Assembly: GCA_030704615.1 (NCBI GenBank)
Contig: CM060734.1
Location: 46,500,001 to 46,564,000 of the forward strand
Length of the DNA: 64,000 bases
Source: Takakia lepidozioides
Taxonomy: Eukaryota; Plantae; Bryophyta
Direction of reading: 5' to 3'
The position numbers were made by a program, and so were the translations under genes. Shown one piece after another: positions 50,817 to 64,000 of this stretch; position 1 is the stretch's first letter, and every line of letters begins with the position of its first letter. The notes below the pieces were generated by a model. That model was not told the DNA's origin. It worked only from the letters and a program-made list of their open reading frames with translations, and made no database searches.

Positions 50817-52879
50817 GCAACCTCAATTTCGTTCAGTAATTGCCGGCAAAAAGCAACAAATTTCTCCCAGTTTATGAGCTAAAAGCTTCCATAACTACTT
50901 TGATGGTAGCTCCATATCCACTCCATGTCTTTTGCTGTACTCTTCACCATTATCATGACGGTTGTTTCAATTGGAGAACACTAGGAGCATTATCTCCTAT
51001 CAATAAAATGCGACAATAATATCCAAAGTAAGTTCAAGGCCCAAAATACTAAGGCAAAAACCAAACTCATCCTGTTTTTCACCTTTTTTTTTCTTTTTTT
51101 TTCCCACCTCCTATTTAGAGGCTAGCCAGAATCTTACTTTAATTTTGGGGAATTGTATTTTCTTTCTCTTTGGATTTATTTGGAGTTTTTTCTTTCCTTA
51201 AACATTAGCCAGTCTTTCAGCCAACCAATTACAAGAATCTGTGTATAAGGCAAACCAAAATATCGACAAAATCTGCTACCTGCACAGCCAGAGTGCTTTG
51301 TGGGTCCGTGCGACCTTAGGGCCCCCCAAAAGAATTTGTAGTACTTTCGAACCCATAAGAGACAAATCCCCTAACGTAGGGTCGCACACAGATCTCAAAA
51401 GTTTCTTTTCTCTTAAGATTTTTAGTAAAAGGTGGTCCCTTAAATTCAGATGCAGACGAAGCCGGGATATACGGTTGGTTGAAAAAAAAATTAGAAAACC
51501 AATTTGAAATGGAAAACAATAGGAATAATGTAAGAACTTAATATGCACGCATGCAATTTGACACCTGATTGAGATGGAATGGGCTCCAGGCCTGTCAAAT
51601 CCTCTCCACCCTATCTTCAATATATTAAATACTTTTGAATGGAAGAGGCCGGCAAGCAGTGGCTAGTGCTCCGTGGGGTGCACCCCCTGGGTCTATGTAA
51701 CCCTGGTAATGTCACGTATAACTCCTCCTAGTACATTTTATACTTAGCCAAATTTGAATTTGGACTTAGTCAAATTTCGAGACCAAGTGTGAGTTCCACA
51801 AAGTGGAGTTGTGCTCCCTTCCATGTAACCTGTTGCAACCCCAGCAAAGTTAAACCCCCTACCATATAACCCAGTGTCACCCCACCTGGAGGTACACCCC
51901 CCTTCAGTTCCAGAGAGGGGGTGGGGAAGATTTGACATGTCAGTAAACAGATGTACTAGATTGAACATGTTGCTGCCTTGGGGCTGGGGCTCAGCCGCTG
52001 TACAAGATAATGCCAGGAGTTGGAGACTTCCAAAAGACCCCGCGAGGCGGTGGTGAGGCCTTCCAAGAAGACCCTAAGACACGCCCCCACGTGTCCTACC
52101 CTACCCCACCCTTTGACACATTTCCACTAATTCTAACCCTACAAAACCTCTAATCCTAACCCACCATTGGCTGCCCCAATGGTGGGCCTATTTTTAACCT
52201 TCTATAAATAAAACAATCATCCCCCCCTCTTTCACTAGCCCCCAGTTCGTTAGTTGTGCTAGTTAGTTAGTCGCCGATTTTCTTTGATTGAAACTTGGGT
52301 TTACATGTTAGACCCTATTACGAGGGTTATTGTGGTTTCTATTAATTAATAGATCTATAGTTCTTGTTTTCTTTTCTTTTGGGGCCCTCCATCTCCAGAG
52401 CCCCCTAGCTAGTAATAAACTACTAATTTAGTAAATAATTACTTACTTAAGTAGGAAGAGCCCCGCTCTCATATATATACCTATGAGGGCGGTGGAACCC
52501 TTCTAGAAGGGTGGGACACGTGACAGACCCTAAAGGGCCCCTCCCACCACTTGACACTTGTCCCCAATTTAATAGGTATCACCATCCCCTATTTAATAGC
52601 TATCAGCTTCCTGCCGTCTTTTTTAGCACCCTTCATTTCGTTAATTAATACAAGTGGTCTTATTACATTGCTCCCCCTCTTTTAACTCCTGGACCACACT
52701 AATTCCTGGACCACTCTAGAATTAACCGGGCCCGAATGAAACTGCTTTGCATATTGGCTGAGAAAGGGGGTTTATTTTCGTCCTCAAGGTCCAATAGCTG
52801 GGGCTTGGAAACCAATTTTTTTTTTTTAAAACTTGAAATGAATGGATATACCTATCATATAATAGAATATTAGGGTAGC

Positions 52880-53350
52880 ATGTGTCGTTGGCCCAAGTGT
52901 CCAGGGTCATTTAATTAGTATAAGTGCAATCCCCGATGTATCCAAATGCGTCTCCTATGTCAATGCCCAAATGCGACCTGATCTGGGTAGCTTGTGCCGT
53001 TGGCCCAAGTGTCAAGTGTCATCTAAGCCCAAGTGTAAGATCTTCTATGTATCCCAATGCGTCTCCTATGTCGAGGCCCAAGTGCGACCTAGTGTAGCAT
53101 ATGGCCCAAGTGTCCAATGTCATCTAAGCCCAAGTGTAAGATCTTCTATGTTGAGGCCCAAGTGCGACTTCTAGTGTAGCCTATGTCGTCGGCCCATGTG
53201 TGACGAATTCAAATCTAAGACCAAGTGCAATTTCCTATGTATCCAAGTGCGTCTCCTATGTCAAGGCCCATCTAAGCCCATGAAGTGCAATCTTCTATTC
53301 ATGTATCCAAGTGCATCTCCCATGTACACAGGCCCAAGTGTCCAAGTACA
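52880..53350. repeat. GCCCAAGTG-based minisatellite
   Basis: Many GCCCAAGTG(T/C) and CTATGT units. Confidence 0.85.
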
Positions 53351-54308
53351 ATCCCATATCTATTTTTATTTTATTTTTCAGAGAGCCTACAACCAGATTT
53401 GAACCGGAGACCTTTCCCAAGATCTCCCGTCGAGGCTCCAACCATTGTCCAGGAATGCCCACTTTGCTATTTTTGCTATTTTTTGCGAATTTACAGCGAC
53501 CAAAAGCACTTGGAATTCCACATCTCCCACACCGCAAGTCCAAAAATCGTGAGACCAAGCCCGTGCGCCCCTCCTCGTCAAGGGCTTTCCAATGGTACCA
53601 AGCACCAACGCAAGCACCAACGCTGGGGCCTTGCGGTTCGGGACATCTCAACGTGACAAAACAAAACAAAACAAAACAAACGTCTCGCTTCATGTGTTGA
53701 TGCACATCAACTCTGGTAGTTCAGCTGGTAAGTGCACAGTGTGTCGCCTTGGTGGTTCGGGGTTCAAAACCCGCTGCCCTGCCTGGTGTGTGGATTGTTC
53801 GTGACCGGTTGGTTTGGTGGTGACGTTTCCACCTGTGTGCCTAATGGCTTATCTGAAAAGGGGTTAAATTTTTCCCCTCCTCCAGGGCCTGAATTGTGAG
53901 CAGTCGCTGGTTTCCTTTTCAAAAAACAAGAGAAAAAAAAAGAAAAAAAATTGGAATAAATAAACCAAAAACAAACAAACAAACAAATTGTCACTGAATG
54001 GGCCCCCCAATGTCTCCAAGAATGGTTAGGTACTAGTCCCTTTCTTTTCGTGTAGCCTTGTCGCTTGCTCATGTTGGTTGTTTTATTTAGTTTTGACTAT
54101 TTGTAGGCAATATTGCAAATTGTACAATATTTTGACCTAATAGACGGCCCCACAACTAGTCCGACTATTCAACAACATAATTGCTTTTTATTTAGTCCAT
54201 CATGCTCATGTAAGCAACACAAAAGGGAAACACAACTTATTTTCACACAACTGAAAAGTTGGATATATACAAACGTCATTAACAGCAGGCTCTATTTTTA
54301 GATTGATT

Positions 54309-55021
54309 GGGTCTTTAATGCGCTGGTGGCCCCACTAGTAGTGGGCCGCGCCATCAGGTGCAAGCGCGGTAGGCGGCAGGTCCAATTGTAGGGTCCATTT
54401 GCGGGTCCGGGCTGTGTAGGGTCCACTCGCGGGTCCGGCGGGTCCAACCAGCCCACTCGGCGGGTCCAATTGTAGGGTCCATTCGCGGGTTCGGGCTGTG
54501 TAGGGTCCACTCACGTGTTCCGGGTCCATTTCGAATAGGGGCCCCCCACCACCCGGCGGATCCAACCAGTCCACGGTCCAATTTGAGGGTCTGGGCTGTG
54601 TAGGGGTCCACTCACGGGCTCCGCGACCACCCGGCGGGTCTAATTGTAGGGTCCAACCACGCCACACAACTGAGTCGAGGCTAACTCCATGTTGTTATCT
54701 AGGATAAGGGATAAAAAAATTGATAGTGTAAAAGTAAGTAGTGGGTGGTGAGGTGGTTGGGCTCATTGAATGACATCAATGAGATTGTGGGTTCAACTCT
54801 GTTTGGTGTTGCATTTGTGTTAATTATGGTATATTTTATGGACGATTTTTTCCCAAAAACAATTCCAAGGCCCCGTGTGAAGCAAGCTGAGCTGTCACAG
54901 TGGACCCACCTTCGTAGTGGACCCGGGCTAGTCAGGGCCCATGGACCGGGATGCGACAGGGCCACCCCAAACCACCCAACAGCGGCCTGTATTAGCCGGG
55001 GCCCACCAGCCTTAAAGACCC
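54309..55021. mobile_element. MITE-like element with internal GGGTCCA tandem repeats
   Basis: Imperfect TIR GGGTCTTTAA..GCTGGTGG.CCC / GGGCCCACCAGC..TTAAAGACCC. Confidence 0.65.
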
Positions 55022-55439
55022 AATTAATTTTAATGAGTTGTTTAACAACATCAATTTTTATTTTATTTTTATTTTAAACCAATGGCATAGCCTGTTAGTT
55101 TATAATTAAACCTCAATGATAGAAACATCCATGGGATAAAGGACGAGCCCAGACCAAATCTAGAGAGACCACTTTGGTAGTGTGAACCTAGGTATTACCC
55201 AAAACTTGACAAGCCTTAAAGGCCTAGGTAGGGCCCTATGGTCGACCATTGTTGACCAATGAGCATACCGTGAGATGGTGCAAAAGATGCAAATGATGCG
55301 AAATGATGCAAGTGATGTGAAAACGTGGCCACTCAATGCATGCAAAATGAAAGAACCTCCTACCGTAACTTCTAGCCTACCCCTAGCCTGTAGAGGTGCT
55401 CCCAAAGGCAAGCTGTCAGATACAGAACGAATGCACTAT

Positions 55440-57060
55440 CGATCCCCGAACTTGAGCTTTCGCGATCGCCTCCCTTGAAGATGCTTCCAATTGATATCGC
55501 CATCGACATCGGGGGAGTCAGGGAAGCAGCGCGCTCCTACCTCCCCAGCTATGGGGGATTGAGCTTCAGGTGCAGCTGAATGGCGAAGGGCTAAAGCAGA
55601 TGATGTATTGCTTGGCCCATGTGTTCTTGAAGGTGTCGTGGAGCCCAAATTGAGCTTCCGAATGCTTGCGGACGTCTGTAGACAGTTTGATCCGCGCCTT
55701 CATTGCTTCAGTTTGAGTGTCAAAGAAAACTTTTGCAAGTAGCATAGATATCGTGCAAGATGACATGTTAAAAGTCCAATCACACCTAGTAGTCCATATG
55801 TGCCAAAGACCAGCTGCTCGAATTGTTTCTGACACCGGGCATGAAGAAACAAGCTGCTTGGATGCAGAGTCGTAATTGAGGAGCAAGGGCGCAGCGGGTG
55901 TCAGGGGGGTTGGCTATCAGGTTTGAAGCACCAGGTTGAGCAGCGGCCAAACTTTGGCTGGGATTTTGCAATGCAGCAGGCAATGCTCCAACGATTCGAC
56001 CACCCCTATCGTGCAGCATCTGCAGATTAGAGCTTCTGAGAACTGGAGCCATCGCCCTACTTTAAGGACTCTATTCGCGACCTGCCAGAGGAAGGCGCTT
56101 ATTTGTGAGTTCATGGTTTTCACTGTGGAAGACCATTCACAGATCCTTAGTGGAGTGAAGTACTCTCTTCCTCTGACCGAGATTAGGTGGTTCCGGGCCG
56201 AACGTAAAGTTTGTGTTTGGGGGCAGAAATCCATGGCATGACCTGTGATTTTGCCAAGGTCACTCTCAGTGATGTATAGAACTTGTTGGGGTGTGGCTGT
56301 GCAGGTGACCCAGGTATCTAGTAGCGGTGGGAGAGGGCCAGCCTGAAGGGTGGAGATCCACGGAAGAGGAATGGATTGCAAGACTTCAAATGGAGTAACA
56401 TACGTTGCCTCTTGTGATTCCCACCATTTGGTTGATTTGCGACTGGTCTCTAAAGGCAGCGCCTGACCAGATGTGGCCAATTTGCGACAAACTGAGGCCA
56501 TCCCACCTTGGCCATTTGCACTGGCAAAAGCACGGTCATCGTGGGTGAGGACATTGGAGTTTAAAATAGGTGTTGACGGATTGTTTTCTTATTATACGTG
56601 CCTAGTTATGATTTCACTAGGTAAGACCTAAGTCTTCCCCACGCATTCCAGATAGATTTCCATAGAGGAGATCCTTGTTGCTTGTGCTTGAAACCATTAA
56701 AAACCCAACGGGTAGAGGCCAGCCATTGAGCATTTTTCAGTGGGGAGCTTAGAATAATGTGCCTTTGGACTAGGGGTCCCCACCATGAGTTATTCGGGCC
56801 AAGTAGTCTGATACCATTTTCCCAGCAAGACATCAATCTGGTTGTAAGGGTGAAGGATTCCTAGGCCTCCCTGCTTTTTGGGTTTACAAATTTGAGCCCA
56901 GAAGATCATGGCTGGCCTAACACACTGAGATATGGAGCTTGCCCCCCAAACAAAGTTACGAATGATTTTTTTGATCTCTTGCATGTAGGATTGGCTTGGA
57001 CTCCAAAGAGAAGCAAAATACCAAATGCTAGCTTCATCACTGGAATGGTTGGAGATGAAA
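55440..57060 (-). mobile_element. Degenerate 5'-truncated L1-type LINE (RT C-terminal region and zf-RVT)
   Basis: IWYFASLW..IIRNFVWG..WAQICKPKKQGGLGI, GSPLWKSI, FLWQV..CRCC..ESLEHCLLHC. Confidence 0.8.
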
Positions 57061-57099
57061 TGCATGGAGAATGTTTGCATTGTTTTTTTACACTGTCTC

Positions 57100-57235
57100 C
57101 ATAGCAGACCAACGATTGTTGAAGCTATTAATTGCGTAATAATTGATGAGGCTGCACAACAAGTAGAAGCAGAGACTGCTATTATCATCCAGATGAAGGA
57201 ACTGAAGCAGATCATTCTTGTTGGAGATCACTCGG
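57100..57235 (+). pseudogene. Fragment of a UPF1/senataxin-like SF1 helicase
   Basis: VIIDEAAQQVEAET..KQIILVGDH (Walker B and motif III). Confidence 0.7.
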
Positions 57236-57286
57236 TGTATAAAGCTTCGGCCTTATTTCAAAATCAAACTTCAAATCAACAAATCA

Positions 57287-57366
57287 TCAATACAATACAA
57301 TTGCAATACAGTCATATCATCAATACAATTCAATACAATGCAATATAATACAATACAATACAATAC
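57287..57366. repeat. (CAATA)n microsatellite
   Basis: Direct sequence. Confidence 0.85.
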
Positions 57367-58119
57367 GTTGACATCTAGATACATCAGATAACCTCTAGAG
57401 AACCTCGGATTAGATGCATACTAAACTTCTTGGGTGGCATCCTCGATTCCTTGACGAATTCGAAAGGTTTTGTCACATAACGACGCAATTGCAATCGGTG
57501 CAATACTCTTTGTCACAGAAAAATGCGCGCACATGCTCAGATAAGATGGTAGAGAGAAGCACAACATCGGATGATTTCGCTTTGTATATTGGATGGGATC
57601 CCATCTTATTTACATAACATAGAGTCTTGGTGTCAATTTGCATCACTTGCTCCGGTTGCACGTCCTTTGTGGGAGTTGTTGGACATAATCACCTAAGTCG
57701 TAGCAGACATCCACTGTCAGGAGACAACGTTGACATCTACATACATCTGATAACTTCTAGAGAACCTCGGATTAGGTGCATACTAAACTTCTTTGGTGAC
57801 ATCCTTGATTCCTTGACGAATTCGAAAGGTGGACAATCTCATAAAAAAATCCAAGAGCTTAAGAAAACAACTCATAATTTAAAGGAGGAGATAGATAGAC
57901 AATTGGTTTCTCCCTGCCAATACTCTTCGTCACAAAAAACCTCGCGCACACGCTCAGGTAGGATGGTAGAGATAAGCACAACATCAGATAATTTCGCTTT
58001 GTATAAAGTTTTGGCCTTATTTCAAGATCGTGGTTATTGGTCAAGGTGCCACATATTGGCAAGACTCCGTGTGGGGCAAGGGAGATACACGACCTACCAT
58101 AAGTCAACTCAATTAGGAG

Positions 58120-58620
58120 CTTGAGAGCATACTCCAACTTCAGTATACAAGGTACCAGCCTCTTATCTTCAAGGGAAGGTGGTTCCAACCATATGTTACG
58201 GGGCCCTCCGCATCACTAGTGGAAGACGAGTGTGGTTTCTTGCGCGTCAATGCAGATAGGCTCACAAAGTGCTCATCGTCCCTCTGATGAGCCTTTGCAT
58301 GGCTTTCACATATGGAGCAAGTTTTCTTATCTGAAGACAAAACAAGAGGTGAAAATTGGAAGGTGGTTGTGCATGCTAAGCTAAGATGAAGACGTATCTC
58401 TCATGGTCGGGGATCTATATGGGACGAGGCAAATGCGGAGGAGGAAGAGACTGGTCATGATGATGCTGATGTTGGCCAAGGTTGGATAGAGGGGGTACAA
58501 GAGGATGATGACGCCCCGGAGAATGCAGCCCGGACCCTATACGATGAGGCTCCACCAGATGCGGATGTTGGAGAAGAAGATGAAGACATGGTCATTGAAA
58601 ACGAGGTGGAAGATGATGTC
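58120..58620 (+). pseudogene. CACTA transposase C-terminal (DUF4216-like) remnant followed by an acidic tail
   Basis: LIFKGRW..DECGFLRVN..DEP(fs)..EQVFLSED..WKVVVHAKLR, then D/E-rich codons. Confidence 0.55.
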
Positions 58621-59759
58621 ATGGTTTTGTTTGTGATTAGTTAGAAATAATTATTCTTAGCTAATTAGGACATTATACATTTATATTTGTATTTTGTTGG
58701 CATTGGAACTTCATTTAGTTCCATGTGCCAAGTGAGGTGACGAACCTCACTTGGGACGTGGAAAGATTACCTTCCACGTGAGACGTAGGCAGGCTCGTCT
58801 TCTTCTAGTCGAGCCTCCCGAGGCCTCTCTCGCCGCCATAGTTCTAGTATTTGAGATGAAAAGTGGGTGAGGTCTGTATGATGGAGTCTTTTAACAAAGG
58901 TGTCATTGGCTTGACTTATATGATGTAATAGAGTGGGTTCACCTATTTTCACCATTTTCGTATCACTAGAAGAAGACCTGCTTACATCGATGAGTGCAAG
59001 GTATTAGCATAGTTAGCATTTGTGTGGAGGAGAGCTTGATAGATAGCTCTTAAGTTACAAGGTGTTGTAGGGTTTACAAAAGAAAAGCCTTGTGGTATTT
59101 ATGTACAAGAGGAGGTCTTCAAGGAGCCCCATTGAAAAGTTTGAGAGTTAGTGAAGAAGCTCTCGTTCTGCAATTGTTGCAGGGTTTGAGGAGTTCAAGA
59201 AGAGCTCGGGTGTTAAGGAAGTAAGCGGTGCATGTGTGAAGCATGGTTTCAGCTAGTGGGAGTCTTCAACTTCAAGCTTAGGACAGCTATGAGTGGAGCT
59301 AGACATCTGATTTCTCTTTGGGGCAAGAATAGTGTATTTGTAGAGCATGCTTTGAGTTGGGGTTTCAATCCCAAGCTTGGGAAGAGCATGTTTATGGAAG
59401 TGGCAAGTGCAGGGCTGAATTAGGAGCTCTAAGAGGTGCACTATGGCCATGGAAGGAAGCACTAAAAGTGCATGGCTAGAAAAGGGTATGCCGTAGAAAG
59501 CTCAATAGCTTGTTCTATGCTTGTTTCAATAAGTTCCATAGAGAAAGAAAGCTTGTTGTGTGGCAAATAACTTGCTCAGGGAGTTAGAGGCACTCTTGGT
59601 GGTCTATTGATGCTCAAGAAACCAAGAACAACACCTTTGGTTGTTCCATAGAAGCCATAGCTTGTTGCAACGATCGCAGAGGCAAAGCGGCGCAAACCCT
59701 AGCTTGGGAACGCTTGGGAACGCTTGGGAACATTGCCCCAGGGTTGGGAGCACCACCAT

Positions 59760-60470
59760 TGACCCATCGGATGAACTATTGAGCCAGTGGATGAAAATCG
59801 GCGCTCCTCGATGAGAATCGGTCGCGGTGAATGAAATCTGCACCAGTGGATGAAACCTTGGTATCAGATGAAATATCGTGCTATCAGATGAAAAATCACG
59901 GCGGCGGATGAAACTGCGCCAGCAGATGAAATCGTGCCAGCGGATGAACTATCGAGACGGATGAAATATCGGACCTGTTGATGAGAAATCGTGGTTTTGG
60001 ATGAAATTCAGTCAATGATGGATGAAAAATCGACTGACTGTAGATATTTTTGGAGCCTTTTGGGGGCTTGTTTGAGGACTATTTGGGGTCTATTGAAGCC
60101 AATATATTGCAGGCTTGTGGAGCCTGCTTGAGGGCTGGTTGAAGGACAATTGGAGGTCATTAGAGGCCCATATTGGGCAGACTTATGAAGCTTTTTAAGA
60201 GCTCTTTGGGGGACTGTTGGAGGTCCTTGGAGGCCAATACTTGGCAGATTTGAGGAGCTTCTTAAGGGCTGTTGGAGGACTGTTGGAGGTCATTGGAGGC
60301 CAATACTTGGCAGATTTGTGGAACTTCTTAAGGGTTGTTTGGAGGACTATTGGAGGTCCTTAGAGGCCATATTGGGCAGGCTTGTGGAGCCATTGTGAGG
60401 GCTGGTTGGAGACCTTGGAGGCCACTAATTGGCGGGCGCCTAAGGCCTTTTGGTGGACTGTTTAGAGTCC
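59760..60470. repeat. GGATGAA tandem tract (59760-60030) followed by ~60-bp TTGGAGG tandem repeats
   Basis: Direct sequence. Confidence 0.8.
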
Positions 60471-60833
60471 AAGTTTGCGAACAAAATCTTGAACCTCGGT
60501 GGGTCTATATGAGGGGCTGATTGAGGGCAAATTTCAGAAGTTCATGGCAATAATTTGAGGGCTCTTGGGAGTTATTTGAGAGGTTCTTTAAGGATAGTCT
60601 TGTTTATTGCTCAAGCAAGAGTGAGTGTGAAGATAGGGGGAGTAATGGAATGAGCGCATTCTGAAAAATGGGACCTACTGTCACCTCCCACGCCATATCT
60701 GCCCGCAGGAGTTCAACCACGGAAATGAACCTTACTAAGTGGCAGTTACCTACTACATGTAGGCAGTGTGCAAATTTGGGAAGAATTGTCCGTTCCGTTC
60801 AGGAGATAATAATAATTTATCAGGGGGTTATTT

Positions 60834-61346
60834 TCAACTCCAAGGAAGTCGAGTGACAGCAACTGCAGAGTCCACATGCAATGGTCCTGCAAGTGCGGCT
60901 CCACACATGAAGCCCATACCAATCTGGTCTTCCCTAGGCATCGGAGGTTGTGCACGTGGGGTTTGAACCTTAGGCCTTGGAGCTGGCGCCACATTAGTAG
61001 TGGCCATGGCAGCAAGACGTTGCTTTAGCTGGGCAAGCCTATCCACCATGCCTTGGTCATGACCTTGACCTTGACCCTCTGCTCCTTGGTTTTGGTTACG
61101 ACCTCCACCACGATCTCTGCCTCCTCTACCTCTCTGGACTACATTGCCTCGTTCTCGGCCACCATTGTTCCCTTGGAACTGGCCTGGCCATAGCTCAGGA
61201 TGCAAGTCATAACAATGGGCCTTTTTATGCCCATCCTTACCACAATGCCCACACTGTAGTTGTGTAGGTTGTGCCTGTGTCGGACCTTTGCCTCTCTCCG
61301 GGCAATCTCTCTTAACATGGGGTCCTCCACAATCCCAACATGTCAC
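60834..61346 (-). pseudogene. gag: Gag zinc-knuckle fragment of a second DNMT-gypsy family member
   Basis: CWDCGGPHVKRDCPE..QCGHCGKDGH..CYDLHPEL.PGQFQGNNGGR..MGFMCGAA aligns with the protein encoded at 22600-23070. Confidence 0.9.
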
Positions 61347-62879
61347 ACCCGACTATTATTGGCATGAGAATGAAGGAAGTAACCTCTGCAATTGAGATCA
61401 TCTCTGTCCTTCCCTGGGCTTCGCCTGAGCCTCCTTGTTGCCTTGAGCACGTTGGGGTAGTGGTTGTTGTTGGCTACAGCAGCAACGGCCGGTTTGGTAC
61501 ATGCCCTTTCACCTCAAATCAGCTGTTGAATAAACACACATGAGCAAGGATACAAATGGATAAAAAATGGTTTGCCATAACTATGCAGATGTTGCAGGAT
61601 GAGATGAGGATGAGATATGGTCAGAATCCCTGCCAACAAGGAGCGTAGTTGTCAGGTTAGCTTAACCAGGTTGAATTACATAAACGATGCTCTAATGCCC
61701 TATTGGATGCCCCTGTCACCATGGCTGGCACCAAGAAAAGAAATAAGTTTGGGATTACTGTGCACACAGCTTGAAGGAAAATGCCCAGAGACAAATTGCC
61801 TAAAGTTTCAGACGAAGTGTGTTGAGGAATGGCCCGTGTAGGCATATTCTAAAGAAGGAACGGCCCCAAGCTTTCCAACTAAATCGCTTCAGGTCGAAAC
61901 AAACAAGGACACGAGGTCACAAGGCCGGCATTTAGTCACAGAGACATTAATGTACTCCCGTTTCAAGTCCACCCAATGTCAATAGGCTTCCTAGAGGACA
62001 GTAGTATAGAGAACAGTAAAGTTAATGTGGATGGTAGCCAATGGGGAAACTCTGAAGAGGAGAGTAAAGCAACAAACAAAACATGATATGAAATGAAACG
62101 GTCCTTCAAAATCATTGTAAAGAGCTCAAAAGCTTATGAGACCAAAGGAAACCCACAAGCAAGAAGAGACAAAACCACAGCCATAAACAACCCATAAGCA
62201 ACTACTGTCTTGCATCCAAACACACATGCATGAGCAGCCCAAAGGTAACCCTCCTGGACATAAGCTCCCAAGCATTTCTCATGGCACAAAATGGAAAAAG
62301 GTATAGAAGACTTTTATAACAGATTTGGGTTCCAAGGAATAGACAGTAGAATCTCCCTTGTATCATGAGGTATAGAGGGCAAGAAAGTGGTGCTTCATAC
62401 TGCTAGTGAAGAACTGCTGGGACCAAAAGGAAAAACAAATAAGAAGACGCAAATCCAGAGGCATGAGCAGCCCCAAAATATCGGGGAATGACGGGATTCC
62501 CCAAGGGTCCACTCCAAATGCACATAAGCTGCCAAGCATTTTTGATGAGACCAAAGTGTACAAAAAATGAAAATAGGAGCCAAACCACATGCATGAGCAC
62601 ACCAAAAGCAACTACTGCAAAGGCGACGGCCAAAGGATCAAAGCTCCCAAGCATACAAGCATTGCTGGACTTTAAAATAGAATACGTCATTAACAAATTG
62701 GGTTCCAAGTAGTAGACAGATCAATGTCCCGTGCAACTGGTGAAGTCCTTTCATTCCCCCCCACTCATGTGCACCCATTTGAAAACAGAGGGGAGCACAT
62801 TGCAAAAGCCCATTGCTTGCCATTGCAACTTCTTTACTTGGAAGATGTGACCCTTATCCCAACCGTGCTCGGGGCATTC

Positions 62880-63800
62880 TCATATCAAGCACATGAACCC
62901 TGCCAAAAACCTAAAAAAATCAAAAAGCAAATGCCCACTTACCTCTCGTGGAAGAGGAGCTGGCCGTTTGGGTGCCCTCTGAGCATGCGTTGCATTGGGA
63001 GGCTTGGTCAGTCCACATGCACCACTGATGTAGTTCTCCAAATCTGATACCTTGTCCACATCATCTCCATCCTCGTCCTCCTCTAGCTCCTCGTCCATTT
63101 CCTCCTCCGAATCGCCGTCATCATCTATTTTGTAATCCTCATCGAGCTCCTGATCACGCTCGTCGAGTTCCTCTGCCTCAGAGCCCACCAACTGGGGAGT
63201 CTCGGGCTCTTCCTCCGCCATCGAAGGTAATGCTAGTTCTTTCAAGCGCCCGCTTCGTCGAGGAGGCCCGTTCCACACAACTTTGGAGCTCCTAGTCGGC
63301 CGTTGTACACTCCTGGCTATGCTGCGCACACATTTCCAAAACCCTGTGAGAATCTTGCCCTAAACAAAAGGCGATCGTGAAAGTGCCATCACCATCAAAC
63401 CTATGGGGGGGAAAAGCAGTAGGCTAATGTGGTGGGAAATTCCTACTCGCTACCTGTGTAGCATGCATACTAAGGACAAGGGTGATCTGCTCACCTGCGC
63501 GCAACGCTCCCAATGTTCAGCTGAGACAACGTCTCCTTGTTGGCTGCTATGCGCCTCTCTCGCTCTTCCTCGTAGGCAGTGCGTGGAGGGGTGTCGGGTG
63601 TAGAGGCCTTGGGTGCAGAGGGCTTGGGTGCGGGTGTGCGGGACGCCAGTGCAGTCGGGTAGGGTCTTCTTGCGGAGGTGGTGGGGGTGCGGGCACTATG
63701 CGCTTGGGGGGTCCTGCTGTTGCGTCGTGCCATGGCGGGTTCCTCCTCGTCACTCAAATTGCAGTAATCGACCTCAAACAAGACTACCATGATCTACTGA
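62880..63800 (-). other. Probable transposon accessory-gene exons (acidic and Pro-rich)
   Basis: AYEEERERRIAANKETLSQL, RRSGRL and a D/E tract; such motifs occur in CACTA accessory ORFs but are not diagnostic. Confidence 0.35.
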
Positions 63801-64000
63801 TCAAACAATAGAAGGAGCGCATGTCGGAAACAGAGGGGAGGTGGACCCGCCATACGAATACTCCAACGCCTGCAAGCCAGACGTAGGTTCCCCACATCCG
63901 AGCACTCGCTGACTTCCCACTTCAAAAACTACTCAAACCCAGAAGCGTTTCGTCATAAATGAGAGAGGTCGGAACTAGAAACACCCGGCGCCGCAGTATG

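Overview
Eukaryotic nuclear DNA, most likely from a non-seed land plant (inferred from spliceosomal introns, a long PLS-DYW PPR editing factor, plastid Rpl17, CDSP32 and an A-type P450). The left 27 kb is a three-level transposon nest carrying two different DNA methyltransferases. (1) A large Mutator/MULE-type DNA transposon (<1-16322) has a GCM-like/DDE transposase on the minus strand and a divergent multi-exon second gene. Splicing its exons gives an N-terminal ParB/Srx-like domain and a C-terminal beta-class N6A/N4C DNA methyltransferase; one intron holds an array of 22-bp palindromes. (2) A young Ty3/gypsy chromovirus (6283-13247, TAGGG target-site duplication) sits inside that intron. (3) The MULE itself interrupts the 3' LTR of a minus-strand Ty3/gypsy element (16323-27217) whose polyprotein has a complete DNMT3-like C5 cytosine methyltransferase between protease and RT, and a PHD finger after integrase. 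From 27.8 to 44 kb are host genes (PPR-DYW, RPL17, CDSP32, CYP71-clan P450). From 44 to 64 kb is repeat debris: MITEs, tRNA-derived SINE-like heads, an L1 LINE, CACTA remnants, minisatellites, and a second gag fragment of the DNMT-gypsy family. All domain calls come from reading motifs by eye; no searches were run.
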